A stretch of DNA of 64,000 bases from the NCBI RefSeq assembly GCF_037042905.1, contig NC_087250.1:4218001-4282000 (forward strand), written 5' to 3'. Position 1 is the first letter of the stretch; each line of letters opens with the position of its first letter. This stretch comes from Lytechinus pictus. Taxonomy: Eukaryota. Both the position numbers and the translations under genes were made by a program. Below the pieces are notes generated by a model that saw only the letters and a program-made list of their open reading frames with translations, searched no databases and was not told where the DNA came from. This document shows, one piece after another, positions 36,701 through 50,004 of this stretch.

Positions 36701-39041
36701 TGTAAGAGACCTCCGAGCCCAGTTGCTGTCTATACAAGAGAAGATCGCACAGCCCACAAGCAATGGAAAATGTAGCAAGATGCTCAATGGTACTGCTAAT
36801 CGCATTGTCCTTGCAACAAAAGGATATAACTCTGCTACTCACATGACAACCAATGAAGCTGAAATCGATCCTGCCACGACAAGAACAAATTATCTGCATT
36901 GTCACGAACAAAACCAACCTTCAATGGATGAACAGCTACGTCACTACCGAGCAAGACATCAACTCATGAGAGCTTCAATTAATAATTCTTCGACATCTGT
37001 ACAAGATGCTCATTCAGCCGATATCCTAATAGTTGGTGATTCCATGATAAAGGGCATCATACCTTCTAGGCTGTCAAAGAGACCCATTAAATGCAAAACA
37101 CTTCGAGGCGCTCGCATTGGAGACGTCTGCGACATTGTCTGCGAGGAAGCTATTCAGCTTTTAATGCAAAGGAAGTTCTTCTTCACTTCGGCTCCAATGA
37201 TATCACCTCTCATGACACAGCTGAAATAGTCGCAAAGCTTGAATCATTAGCTGAACAGATTACTGATTTAACCCCAGCGAAGAAAAGTTGCTTCTCAACA
37301 ATAATCCACCGTCGCAGAGAATCATCGAGCTGCTACGAGAAAGTGAATTGTGTAAACGCGGCTTTGAAACTTCTAGCCAATCAACGAAGCTGGGCTGTCG
37401 TAGACAATGACAACGTCACGCCTGACATGCATCTTGCCGCTGATGGCGTTCACCTAACTAAATGGCACCGGTGTGCGTGTATTGGCACAAAACATCATCG
37501 CTTATCTTCGCGGTTTAGCTTCACGATCAGCGTTTCGCCCATACGAAGCTTCTCCCACTGTCGCCAGCAATCAGGAAAGAACAAACGACATGTTGTCTCA
37601 ACCCATGAACCAACCTCAGCCTTTTTGGCAAGCCAAGAAAGCGAAATTTCGCAAGAAACCATCTCGCCGAGTCTTTCCAAGAGATTGGTTAGATTGTTTT
37701 CAAACAGCTCGGAAACTTCTCAACGACAGGAATTAGACAATAGCTACACAGACTTAGTTAACAACTGCAAATACTATGAACTTGAAGATGGTATTTTTCC
37801 CCAACTTCCCGTACATGGACTGAAAATCGGTCACGTTAATATTAATTCACTTCCATCGAAGATAGAGGAATTAAGACTCAGTCTAAGAATGTGTAAATGT
37901 TAAATACAAGGGAATGTGTAAACAATATGACCAAACAAAGGAAATAAATATATTCGGTAAGCAATAACAGTAATGATAATCAGACAATTATGACAATGAG
38001 GGTAAAAAAAATGTATAACGATCTCGATTTAACATCTGCAAGGCTATTTTTTTTTTCTTTTTGAGGAAATAGAGGGATCCACTGAATAGCATGACTTTTA
38101 AATGTGGACTTAAGTTAAGTTAAACCAACCTAATTATGTCATTTAATATATAACCCCATGATTGTTCCACTGTGCGCTGAATAAGACAATAGTAATTCAT
38201 CCTACATGAGCAAGTTAAGAATTGATGAAGAGGTTTGAGGTTCGAGCCCTAGCTAGCAAGATCACATCTTTCGGATATCTTGTTAAAGGTCGGTCCAGAC
38301 GTAAATTCTAACAGCGTTATATTTGATTCATTTTAGATGTGATATCGGGGGCCCGTCTTACAAAGAGTTACGATTGATCCGATCAATCGCAACTATGGAC
38401 GGTCAGCAACGTTAACATCGATTATGCATGTTTATTCAAAGTATTTTCTAGCTATGGTGTATCATTCATGCATTCATTGTTTTCTTGATAATTCACTATG
38501 CTTCTCTTTGCATATAAAGGACATTGTGCAAATTTTTCGTACAAAATAATAGGGCATTGATGGATTTCCATAGAGTTACCATTGATTGAATCAATCGTAA
38601 CTCTTTGTAAAACGGGACCCGGGTCATATTGAAGCCTCAGAAAACCTACTATACAATGCACACCCAAATACACACGTCCACATTCAGATTCTTACGAGCA
38701 CCCACAGTGGCAAATGTAGACAAACGCCTTGCCAAAACACGTGAGTGCTGCGGTGGGATTCGAACCCCGAACCTTGTGATTCAAAGTCCTGAAACATATC
38801 CACTGAGTCACAACACCGTCACAACACCTCTACCAAAACCTTTAAATAACTTACATCCAAAGGCCGTCATGGCAGCCGGCATGCTACACACGAGTCCCAA
38901 TGACGAGGCATCAGTTGAGAACACAACCAACATGGTCGGGATCAACACTCCGAACGACCTCATTGTGGCTATACGGAGGAGGAATTTACTCAAAACGATC
39001 AGGTACTTCCGTTTATCTTGTGACTCTCGATTATGCTCCAT
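29840..39041 (-). CDS. SLC16/monocarboxylate transporter-like MFS protein, copy A (4 coding exons, 508 aa)
   Basis: Exons 39041-38855, 33430-33284, 32834-31773 and 29970-29840 have GT/AG boundaries, all introns phase 1, 1527 nt in total. Multiple TM helices, large polar central loop, and motifs typical of SLC16: RSFGVL, YGFSGAMLILGG, GFIGR, KDKTGSY. Confidence 0.88.
30428..30579. mobile_element. Harbinger-like MITE
   Basis: gggagcgtttcat / atgaaacactccc TIR, CWG-type flanks, internal inverted tgtcgga/tccgaca. Confidence 0.7.
30980..31441. mobile_element. TGT...ACA non-autonomous DNA transposon
   Basis: TIR tgtgacctaccaccccaaaacc / ggttttggggtggcaggtcaca. Absent from the paralogous intron near 54555. 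Confidence 0.8.
31773..32834 (-). CDS. MCT copy A exon 3
   Basis: tcttag| ... CAG|gtgagg, 1062 nt. Matches the 357-aa track ORF. Confidence 0.92.
33284..33430 (-). CDS. MCT copy A exon 2
   Basis: tattgcag| ... CAG|gtaaat, 147 nt. Encodes hydrophobic LPMAYVLKSAFISPRAMAVTG... Confidence 0.88.
33636..34700 (-). mobile_element. L2-clade LINE 3' fragment with expanded microsatellite tail
   Basis: RT C-terminal remnants (LLNHSKCEFLVFG, RNLGVIFD, LQRLQNAAAR, LHWLP, GERAFAHAGPSLWNSLP), a frameshift near 34175, the L2-type gcgccttgagc...gcgctatataaat end, and (ATT/AGT)n at 33636-33830. Confidence 0.9.
34715..34992 (-). mobile_element. tRNA-derived SINE
   Basis: ggggcgcgtcgtggtctagtgg...ggttcaaatcc head. 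Body shared with the 13020-13590 copy. Confidence 0.8.
35310..35573. mobile_element. CCCGGGGG-terminated TIR element
   Basis: ccgggggcccactttcattgacgagtgaataccaggcgcgac / gtcgcgcctggtatccaatcatcaatggaagtgctccccccgg. Confidence 0.7.
36159..37885 (+). mobile_element. 5' part of a CR1/L2-group LINE: disrupted ORF1 (coiled coil + SGNH esterase) and start of ORF2 endonuclease
   Basis: IVGDSMI, HFGSND and DGVHL SGNH blocks spread over frameshifted ORFs, stop at 36489-36491, then GLKIGHVNINSLPSKIEELR (APE start). Confidence 0.85.
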
Positions 39042-39300
39042 CTCAAACAAGATTCACCTCTGCTAAGGCGCAGCACGTTTGCTCATGGAAATATAAAACT
39101 ATTCTTGAATTGCAGCGGAAAAGCTATATCTACCGTAAAGAGGTATTTCATCCACACCGAACGTCTCCGCTTCAAATCATGGCCCCGAGGAAACTCTCAA
39201 AGCATTGTATCATGAGATTGGTTGTTTTGTAAAAAGCCTTTTCAGTGATGATGAAAATATATGCTTCTCGCATACCGAATAGACCATCCATTTAGGACCC
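38170..39300. repeat. Local duplication of the MCT first-exon region (partner about 42705-43900)
   Basis: Both copies share intron sequence, a Harbinger-like MITE (about 38349-38620 / 42884-43147), a SINE fragment and the exon. Confidence 0.9.
38855..39041 (-). CDS. MCT copy A first coding exon (proximal version)
   Basis: gagATGG start with an upstream in-frame TGA. Encodes MEHNRESQDKRKYLIVLSKF...AFG. Donor t|gtaagt is phase 1. Confidence 0.8.
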
Positions 39301-40744
39301 TGGGAACGATTTTTTTTTTCGATGGGGGTACTGACATGGGTTGAAATCTCTCTTCAAAGATTGGAGGGATAACACAATTGAGTTTTTCGGTGTTTTATTA
39401 TATACAATCACACATGCAAGAACCCCCCCCCACCACACACACACAAACACACACATATATATATAAACTCCTCAAAAAAGTTTGGAAATCTGATTTTGAT
39501 CGTTAATTACTCATCGGATTTAGTAAATATTAATGCATGATTGATACCAATAAATAGATCATTATTTTTTTTTTAAATGATACCCTACATAATATAATTA
39601 TGGTTCACTTGGATGTGCAGTTCCTTGAAATGTGGGGCAAGGTCAACATTGAGAAGTTGCAAAATGACACAATATTGAAAGTCAATGTTTTTTCCCGTGA
39701 TGATTGAGTTTCTCAGCGGTTTCATTTGTTTTCATGCACCTTAACATCAACATTAACATGGAATCAAACACACCTCTGCACAAGCAAACACATAAAAAAG
39801 CAAACAATCATGCATGGGTATTTCAAACCACGACCCAAACCATATAATGTTATCTCACCGAACCTTCACTACATATTCCACAACGAAACATCAATAATGA
39901 AGAAGCAGGGGCTGAACAAGATTCGTACGTAACAAATAATTACTGCTTGATCGCGAGCAGAATTCTTTAATAGACATTCTGGCTTGATCGAAAAGGAACC
40001 TATTATAAGGACTGTCTGCAGCTACCCATGAAGACGATATATATTTCAACAATAAAACACAATGCGAGCGCGAAGCGCGAGCTGAATTTTTTGACATTTC
40101 AACCTAAAAACTGGACATTCTAAACACTTTTTGTAATCGTGAACAGGAGAGGTGTATAACTATGCAATTGATGCGAGTGCGAAGCGTAAGCGGAAACAAA
40201 ATTGAGATTCAGACCTTAAAAGGGGACCCTCTATGCATGTTTTGTAAATCAGGAAAAGGATGGGTATCTTCCTATATTAATATTGTGAGCGAGAAGCACG
40301 GGCAGAACATTTTTGACATTCTGATCTGAATCTTTATTATTTGAGCACGTTTTAAATTAATAATAATAAAAAAAAAGTTGCGTATCTGAATAAGCATGGG
40401 TGCGCGTGTTTAGTTATATACCTATAATCTTGACATTCTAAATACGTTTCCATTTATTTCCATTTATGCTCAATTTTATACTGTTTTTTTTTTTTACGAA
40501 GTAAGAATGCCCTTCTGTAAAATTGTACTTGCTTTGAATTACTTTATATTACTTTGTATTATGTTTTGAATGGAAATGGAATAAAGAATTGAATTGAATT
40601 GAATGCGAGAGCAAAGCGCGAGCTGAAAATATTTGATATATCGATCTTAAAAAAAGCACCTTTTCAAGCATTGTGTAGGACAATTTTGAAAGGGGGAATC
40701 TTTCATAAACGTCGTTAATTTCTAGCATCCCCGCTTCCCAGGGT

Positions 40745-40902
40745 CACTAGCGTACCTATGGTTTATTTTTTTTTGCTTGTCATTTTTTATCTGGCACGAA
40801 AACCTTTATTTGTGCTTGAAGACCTTTTTTTTTTGTCGGTAAATTTTCTTTTGCGGACGATTTTGCCCAACCCCCCTGTGGAAAATCCAAGGTACGCTAC
40901 TG
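40745..40902. mobile_element. Short hAT-like MITE
   Basis: TIR cactagcgtacct / aggtacgctactg, 8-bp TSD cccagggt / cccagggc. A relative lies at about 50224-50440. Confidence 0.8.
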
Positions 40903-41173
40903 CCCAGGGCCATGTATTCATGCCACTGATGGACTCAGCGGGGTGAAAAAAAAAACAACCCTACTTTGTTAAAAGTGGAGCAATTTTATGATAACCAAGA
41001 TTATTTTTAGGGCTTGCATTCTGATAAATCATTAAACGCAGGTTGATGATTCTTCCGAATCCATTTCAAAGATATTTAACCAAGTAATTCAATGAAAATA
41101 TTATATTTTCGATTTTCCAGTTACTCCCATTTCATGACACAAATATTTTGGAAAAATATTTGCTGCAGGACTA

Positions 41174-42700
41174 CAGGGGCGGATCCAGCTTCCGCCAATA
41201 GGGGGGGGGGCGAAATTTTTTTTCACCCATATTTTCCCAGACGGTCGCTAAAAGCTGATTTTTGTTTGTTTCTTTGAAGGGGTTGTCACAGTGGCGTAAC
41301 GAGCGAACAATTTTTTAGGGGGCTCAATATGGCGTATAGCGTAAAATTAATAACAAATTGCGAGCGAGCCAAAATTTTGACATTTTGATAACAACAATTT
41401 AATTCGTGATAGATTTTGACATAATATTTGGAAAATGATATTATATTTCACCCTTGTCTCTTTCCTTTTCTCTTTTTTTTCTTGGTCGTGATTTTTTTTT
41501 TTTTTTTTTGGGGGGGAGGTAAAACGCCCATGTCCTAACAGCAATTTATTAGCTTCATTCTTATTAATAACAAAAATGTGTAATAAATTCATAAGCCCTA
41601 TTTAAATAGTGTGAGCGCAAAGTGCAAGCTTTTTTTTTTATATTTCACGTATTTTGTTCTGAAAATTGAACATTTTTGGGCAATGTTTGTGAACCTGAAA
41701 AAGATGCGTACATGTAGGTAACTAGATAATTACTGCGAGCGCGAAACGCGAGCAGAATTTTTTAATATGCGTTTTGGCTTTGTCGAAAAGGGACCGTTAA
41801 AGGACGTTTTGCAGTTTGCCATGAAGACGATACATATTTTAACGAATAAATAATACGAGCGCGAAGTGCGAGCTGAAATTTTATGACATTCCGACCTAAA
41901 AAATGACGTTCTATGCACTTTTTGTAATCATTAACGGTATAGGTATATAACCAAACAAGTGATGCGAGCGCGAAGCGCGAGAGGAAAAATAAACAGATTT
42001 CAAACCTAAAAACGGCACACTCTATTCATGTTTTGTAAATCAAGAAAAGGGATGGGTATAATTTAGGATCTTCCCACATTATAGTGCGAGCGCAAAGCGC
42101 GAGCAGAAAATTTTTGATATTCTGATCTGAAACTGGATAATTTTAGCACATTTTGAATAAAGATCAAGCTACGTATTTCAATAAACATGCGTGCGCGTGT
42201 TTAAGAGCTAGACAGAGGCTGAATACGCTTCATGTTTTATCGTGAAAACCAATAATGCGAGCGCGTAGCTCGAGCTGAAAATATTCAATATTCCGATATG
42301 AAAAGGGTCAATTTAAGCACTATTGAAGGATGGATGTGGATAGCACTCAATAAATGATGCGAGCGCGAAGCGCGAGCTGATATTATATTATCATTTTGAT
42401 CTAGGATCAGGACATTCTAGGCCTAAGGATATTTTGTCATCATATGAAAATGATGACTATCTTCCTATTCCTCTTCTTAGGCACGATGTGAAACTTGTCG
42501 ATATCCCTTTCTAAAAAGGGGATGATTTAGTTATTTGTGCGTGAAATTTATAAACATTGAGGCCTGAAAACTGGATATTTTAGGCACTTTGTAATCATGA
42601 ACAGGATTCATGGATTTTTAATGATAATGCGAGCGCAAATCGCGAGCCTTTTTTCTTTATAAACTGTCGTAAATGCGGGATTTTAATCAGTTTGTTATAA
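41174..42700. mobile_element. Composite hAT-like fragments with GCGAGCGCGAAGCGCGAGC-core repeat array
   Basis: caggggcggatccag and cagtggcgta termini followed by about 9 core motifs. Related arrays at 39950-40630 and 60940-61800. Confidence 0.65.
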
Positions 42701-43378
42701 TTACACGCTGAATAAGACAATAGTAATTCACCCTACATGAGCAAGTTAAGAATTGATGAAGAGGTTTGAAGTTCGATCGAGTCCTAGCTAGCTGGGTCAC
42801 ATTTTTCGGATATCATGTTAAAGGTCGGTCCAGACGTAAATTCTAACACCGTTATATTTGATTCATTTTAGATGTGATATCGGGGGCCCGTCTTACAAAG
42901 AGTTACGTTTGATCCGATCAATCGCAACTATGGACGGTCAGCAACGTCAACATCGATTATGCATGATTGTTCGAAGTATTTTCTAGCTATGATGTATCAT
43001 TCATGCATAATTGATAATTCACTAAGCTTATCTTTGCATACAAAGGACATTGTGCAAATTTTTCGTAGAAAAAAATTAGGGCATTGATGGATTTCCATAG
43101 AGTTACGATTGATCGTATCAATCGTAACTCTTTGTAAGACGGGGCCCGGGTCAGATTGAAGCCTCGGAAAACCTACTATACGATGCACACATAAACACAT
43201 ACGTCCACATTCAGATTCTTACGAGCACCCACAGTGGCAAATGTAGATAAACGCCTTTCCAAAACACGCGAGTGCTGCTGTGGGATTCGAACCCCGAACC
43301 TTGTGGTTCAAAGTCCTGAAACATATCCACTGAGTCACAACACTGTCACAACACCTCTACCAAAACCTTTATACTTAC

Positions 43379-43583
43379 ATCCAAACGCCATCATGGAAGC
43401 CGGCATGCTACAAGCTAGGGCTAGTAACATAAGTGACGAGGCATCAATTGAGAACACATCTAACATGGTGGGGATCAACACTCCGAACGACTTCACTGTC
43501 GCTACCTCAACGAACTGGACGACGAATTTACTAAAAACGATCAGGTACTTCCATTTATCTTGTGACTCACGATTATGCCCCAT
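43379..43583 (-). CDS. Duplicated (distal) MCT first coding exon
   Basis: gaaATGG start. Encodes MGHNRESQDKWKYLIVFSKFVVQFVEVATVKSFGVL...AFG. 205 nt, donor t|gtaagt is phase 1, no stops. Confidence 0.75.
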
Positions 43584-44264
43584 TTCAAACGACAATCACC
43601 TTTGCTATTAGCACGTTTGCTCTTGACAAATACAAAATGATTCTTGACTTGCAGCGGAATTATGTTATGTATAAATATAGATATAGGACTACCCCAATTT
43701 AAGTATTGGGTCCACGATGAACGTCTCCGCTTTGAAATATGGCCCTGAGCTTCAGAGTCATAGACCTTTCATATGACGTATACTGACAAAAGGCTTTTAT
43801 ATATTATCAATCTTTTGATGAATTGAATATTTATTTGTTTTTTTAGAAAGCCTATTCAATGTCTCTGTAATGCTTTAATGATTCTCGCATCCAGAATATA
43901 GGCCATTTATGCCACTGAGAGGCACAGCGGGGTGAACTTAACAGCCCTGCGTTGGCAAAAGGGGGGCAAGTTCATGTTGACCAAAATTATTTTAGGGCTG
44001 GTATTTTGATAATTGAGCCTAGATAAAATTCAAGTGTGAACTAAAATTTAGATCAAACTTTTGCGGATACCAGGGTGTCATAATTCTTCCGTAATCATTT
44101 CAAAAATAATTTTCCAAGTAATTGATTTGAAATTCATTATATTTTGGTATTTCCGAATGATTCCCATTTTACGGCAAAATATTCATATGATAACTTTCTG
44201 CCGCAGGATTGAATGAGTTTTATTTGAAGAAAGGGTCGCCAAAGGACACTCCAAAGTGAGTAAT

Positions 44265-44861
44265 TTAAAGGGGAATCCAACCTAAATGAAAATTTGTTTT
44301 TGGAGGAAAAAGAAAAATCAGACAAGTTGTTAGGTAGAAGTTTGAACAATATTCGACAAACAGTAAGAAAGTTATGATTTGTTTAAGTTGTAAATATTGG
44401 TAATCACTATGGGGACTTCAAATTGGCCACATATGTGATGTCATAGTGATGTAAGGTAATGACTACTCTTCCATGTAAAAATCCAATACATAAAATGACA
44501 AATGTCATTGTTCAAACAAGTTTTACTTCAAATCATGTTTTTCTTTCACAAGGACATAAAGTAATATACTACCATAATTATATTTAGATTACTGCCCCAG
44601 GGAATGGGTAATTAGGAAAAAACCACAAATCCCTGATAATGGAGTAGGCCTACATCGCCTATGGAAAAGTTGTCCTTGCCCCTTGTCATAATTTACTTAC
44701 CCAGTTGCATACTTAAAATCTGCAGGCTTAGGGATCTCAATCTTAAACCAGCTATAACTTTCGTATTACTTTCCGATTTCTTTCAAACTCCACCATTCTG
44801 TTTTATTTATATTTCTCCTTTCCAACAAAACACTTTATAACCAAGGCTGGATTCCCCGTTA
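44265..44861. mobile_element. Kolobok-like MITE
   Basis: ttaaaggggaatcca...tggattccccgtta, same family as 26621-26970. Its right TTAA is split by the foldback element. Confidence 0.75.
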
Positions 44862-47800
44862 TAGTGGAGCGGTTATGTGACAAAAAATGGCCAAGATGCT
44901 CGGATCTGGCAGAAAGTGTGAAATTTGGCATACAGGGGTATTTTTGGGCGCTGATTTCAAAAATTGCCGGCCCCAAGCGATTTGACCATCGGGTCGGCCG
45001 CCATTTTGAAATCCAAGATGGCCGCCATGATAAATCATTAAATGTCAATTTCTTGAGTTTTACATGGCATGTGACACTGAAATTTGGCATATAGGGGTAT
45101 TTTGAGGCACTGATTTCAAATATTGCCGCCCATCAGCAATTTGACCATTTGGTCGGCGGCAAAATGGCCGCCATCTTGAAATCCAAGATGGCCGCCATGA
45201 TATATTATTGCAATCATTTTCTCGAGTTTTATATGAACTGCAGTATTGAAATTTGGCATATAGGCTTAATTTGGGGTGCTGATTTCAAATATTGCCGGCC
45301 CCCAAGTGATTTGACCATCGGGTCGGCCGCCATTTTGAAATCCAAGATGGCCGCCATTTTGAAATCATTAATGTCATTTTCATGAGTTTTACATGACGTG
45401 TGACACTGAAATTTGGTATGTTGGGGTATATTTAGGCACTGATTTCAAATATTGCCGGCCCCCAGCAATTTGACCACTTGGTCAGTGGCTAAATGGCCGC
45501 CATTTTGAAATCCAAGATGGCCGCCATGAAAAATCATTAAATGTCATTTTCTTGAGTTTTACATGATATGTGACACTGAAATTTGGCATATAGGCTTAAT
45601 TCGGGGTGCTGATTTCAAATATTACCGGCCTCAAGCGATTTGACAATCGGGTCAGCCGCCATTTGAAATCCAAGATGGCCGCCATGAAAAATCATTGAAC
45701 TCATTTTCTTGAATTTTACATATGTACCCCTGAAATTTGTAGTATATCGGTATCTGGATGAGTTCATTTAAAACATTGCTGGCTCCAAGCAATCTGACAA
45801 TTGGTCGGCGGAAAAATGGCCCACATCTTGAATTCGAAGCTGGCTGCCTTAGAAATCAGTATTGCAATTATTTCGTTGAGTTTTATATGATCTGCGGTAT
45901 TGCATTTTGACATATAGAAGTAGTGTGGGGAGCTTATTTCAAATATTGCTGGCCCTCAGCGATCTGATCCCCTAAGTCAGGGTTATACGGGCCAAAGATA
46001 TTCATTCGAGCCAATTAACCAATTTAATTCTCAATTTTTAATTTTGATATTGCTGATTGACAAAAATGAATGAATATGATTGATAATCAAACACTGATTC
46101 TAGGAAGGGTAACTTTACTGAACTTCCTTTTTTCAAATTGGGAAGATATATCACCACTTTGGAACTATTTTTATACTGGCGGGAGAAGTATTGCCATTTT
46201 ACTGTCTCAAGTGATGAATTTGATCCTGTCAGGTGTAGTCTTCATAAATGCCGATTTATTTTTAAAATGAGCTGGTCGAGGTACCCTTTTCTGGTCAGAT
46301 ATGGAATGTCAGACATATATCCTATCCACTGGACAGGTAGTAAACATTCAATTCTCGAATTTCATCCTAATTTTTTTAGAGCGTCTCTTTAACACACGAG
46401 TCTATGGGAAATATTTTAGGCCCGTGATACCTCAGCTGCAAAATGGCAGCCATCTTGAAATCCAAGATGGCTGCCATAAAAAAAATCATTAAAAAAAATC
46501 AAGTATCATAATTATAACGTAGGTATTATTTTGAAATCTTAAGGTATTGAAATTTCCCCCCAGTAATCTGTCCAATATATATGCTGCAAAATGGCCACCA
46601 TCTTGAAATCTAGAGAGGATCGACTGTCATGAAAATTCATTAAAATAATTTTCTTGAGTTTATAATAATTTGAGGCACTGCATTTTAGACATACAGGCAG
46701 GTTTTGGCCTACTGGTTTTAGAATATTGCTGCCCCATGTGATTGATCCACCGGGTCAGCTGAAAATGACCGCCACTTTGACATCTAAGATGGCTACTACG
46801 AAATATCTTTCAAATTTTTTTTCCTGAATTCTACATAACCTGTGACACTGTAAATTTGTATTATGAAGCAAAAACTTGTATTGTATGTTAATTTCAAATA
46901 TGGATAGATAATGAACATATAACACATAACACACTTTATCTGCCATTTTAAATTCCAATATGACCCATCATGATACAAAGGACATGATTACCTAGCTTAG
47001 TTCTAAATATTGATTATTGTGGGGGAAAATAAGTACAACATGATAGCACGAATCAAAATTAATGTATGGTATAACTGATGGTAATCCATTTATTATATTA
47101 TATGCTAGGCGGTTGACAGTGAATCTTACAGATCTCCAGGAATTACTTTGGAACGATTCAATTGATAACCATCGTGTGTTCGACAATCTGACAATGGGAG
47201 CATGTTCGCCTTACAATCGGGAGATCAAGCTCCGACAGCATCAGACCAAAAGATGTTAAAAGAGGGGAGTTGCTTCTACCCTGTTTGACGGTCAACGAAT
47301 TAAAGGGGAAGTTCACCCTGACAAAAAGTTTATTGAAACAATAACATAATAAATAATGAAAACAATATTGAAGGTTTGAGGAAATTCCATCAAATATTTA
47401 AAAAGCTATTGGAATTTCATTTAGTGTATTTGTGACGTCAGATGCAAGCAGTTCCCCCATGTTTCTTATAGTACAAAACTCAATGAAATGTAGCCTCCTC
47501 AAAAAAATGAAAATGTTTTTTATTGAACCCTCTGTATATCAACAAACTAATGATTTCACACCCGCTCCAGAAAGAAAAAAAATACCCATGATGAACCATT
47601 TATGCATTTTGTATCACATAACATAATGGGGCAGCTGCTCGTACAGTATATAACGTCACAAATCAAAAACTTAAAATTCTTATATCTTAGATGGATTTAC
47701 CAATATCTTTTTTGTATCATATTTTCTTGTGTTTTTACAACAAACTTTTCTCCGAGGTAAACTTCCCTTTTTAAGGGATAGAGCAACGTCCGACGTGGCG

Positions 47801-50004
47801 CTGCTAAGTTGCTGCCGAGATCACGATCTACAGGGTATGGGCAAAATAAATTTTCGGAGCATTTCTGTTACTGAATTCTATTTTGAACAATAAAATATGT
47901 ATTATTATCATTCATCATTAATATTAATTCATCATCATCATCATCATACCACTATATAACCATCAGTACTTCAAGTCTGGAGCAGTTATCTTCATGTTGA
48001 TTTGTAATAAAATATCACAATTAGTGGAGCAATATTCTGAAACCAGCAGGCCAAAAACCTGCCTGTATGTCTAAAATGCAGTGCCTCAAATTATTTAAAA
48101 CCAAGAAAATGATTTTAATGAATTTTCATGACAGTCGATCCTCTCTAGATTTCAAGATGGTGGCCATTTTGCAGCATATCTATTGGACAGATTACTGGGG
48201 GCAATTTCAATATCCCTAGATGCCAAATGTTGAAATAATACATTACGTGATACTAGATAAATTGATTTTTTTAAATGATCTTTTTTAATGGCAGCCATCT
48301 TGGATTTCAAAATGGCAACCAAACAGGGGTCTGACAATAATCAGTGCCTAAATATATGCCTATATGACAACTTTCAGGGCCAGAGTTCATGTAAAACTCA
48401 AGACAATTATCATTGCTTTTAATTCATGGCGGTCATTTTGCCGAAACCGGGTGGTTACATTGCTGGTGGCTGGCAAAAATCAGTGCCACGTACTTCTGTA
48501 TGCCAAAGTTTGGTGTCATATATAATGTAAAATCCAAGAAAATTATTTTGATATGATTTTTCATGGCAGCCATCTTGCCGCTGAACTGATGGTCAGAGCA
48601 CTTGTGGCTGGCAATATTTGAAATCAGCAACCAAAAATAATTACTCTATTTGCCAAAGTTCAGAGCACATGTAAAATTTAAGAAAATGATTTTTAGTTAT
48701 TTTCATGGCGGCCATCTTAGATTTCAAGATGGCGGCTGACCTGGTGGTAAGACTATTTGAAATAAGTGCCCTAAACTACACCTACACTGTATATGCTAAA
48801 TGTCAATACCATAGCTCATACAAAACTAGAGAAAATTATTGCAACGATATTTCATGGTGGCCATCTTGGATTTTAAGATGGCGGCCGTTTTGCCGCTGAC
48901 CTGAAGGTCAAATTGCTGGGGGCCGGCAATATTTGAAATCAGTGCCTCAAAATACCCCTATAGGCCAAATTTTAGTGTCACATATCATGTAAAACTCAAG
49001 AAAATGACATTAAATTATTTTCATGGTGGCCATCTTGGATTTCAAAATGGCGGCCATTTAGACGCCAACCAAATGGTCAAATTGCTGGGGGCCGGCAATA
49101 TTTGAAATCAGTGCCTAAAAATACCCCTGTATGCCAAATTTCAGTGTCACACGTCATGTAAAACTCAAGAAAATGACATTAATGAATTTCTCATGGCGGC
49201 CATCTTGGATTTCAAAATGGCGGCCGACCCGATGGTCAAATCACTTGGGGCCGGCAATATTTGAAATCAGCACCCCGAATTAAGCCCATATGCCAAATTT
49301 CAGTGTCACATATCATGTTAAACTCAAGAAAATGACATTTAGTGATTTTTCATGGCGGCCATCTTGGATTTCAAAATGGCGGCCATTTAGCCACCGACAA
49401 AATGGTCAAATTGCTGGGGGCGGCAATATTTGAAATCAGTGCCTAAAAATACCCCAACATACCGAATTTCAGTGTCACACGTCATGTAAAACTCAAGAAA
49501 GTGACATTAATAATTTCTCAGGGTGGCCATCTTGGATTTCAAAATGGCGGCCGAACCGATGGTCAAAATACTTGGGGCCGGCAATATTTGAAATCAGCAC
49601 CCCAAATTAAGCCTATATGCCAAATTTCAATACCGCAGTTCATATAAAACTCGATAAAATGATTGCAATAATATATCATGGCGGCCATCTTGGATTTCAA
49701 GATGGCGGCCATTTTGCCGCCGACCAAATGGTCAAATTGCTGATGGGCGGCAATATTTGAAATCAGTGCCTCAAAATACCCCTATATGCCAAATTTCAGT
49801 GTCACATGTCATGTAAAACTCAAGAAATTGACATTTAATGATTTATCATGGCGGCCATCTTGGATTTCAAAATGGCGGCCGACCCGATAGTCAAATCGCT
49901 TGGGGCCGGCAATTTTTGAAATCAGCGCCCCAAAATACCCCTGTATGCCAAATTTCACACTTTCTGCCAGATTCGAGCATCTTTTTCACATATCTACTGG
50001 AGTA
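44862..50004. mobile_element. 5.1-kb foldback element (Academ-like, non-autonomous)
   Basis: Inverted arms of about 1.9 kb built from ~150-bp units, TAGT.../...AGTA ends, TTA duplicated on both sides. A Kolobok-like MITE is nested at about 47300-47774. Confidence 0.85.

Noticed and set aside
36495..37903. Host GDSL/SGNH lipase gene
   Set aside because: Intronless, frameshifted and directly followed by a LINE endonuclease start, so it is LINE ORF1.
46990..47300. Transposase remnant in the foldback spacer
   Set aside because: Only short ORFs with no recognisable DDE or other motif. It cannot be supported without a translated search.
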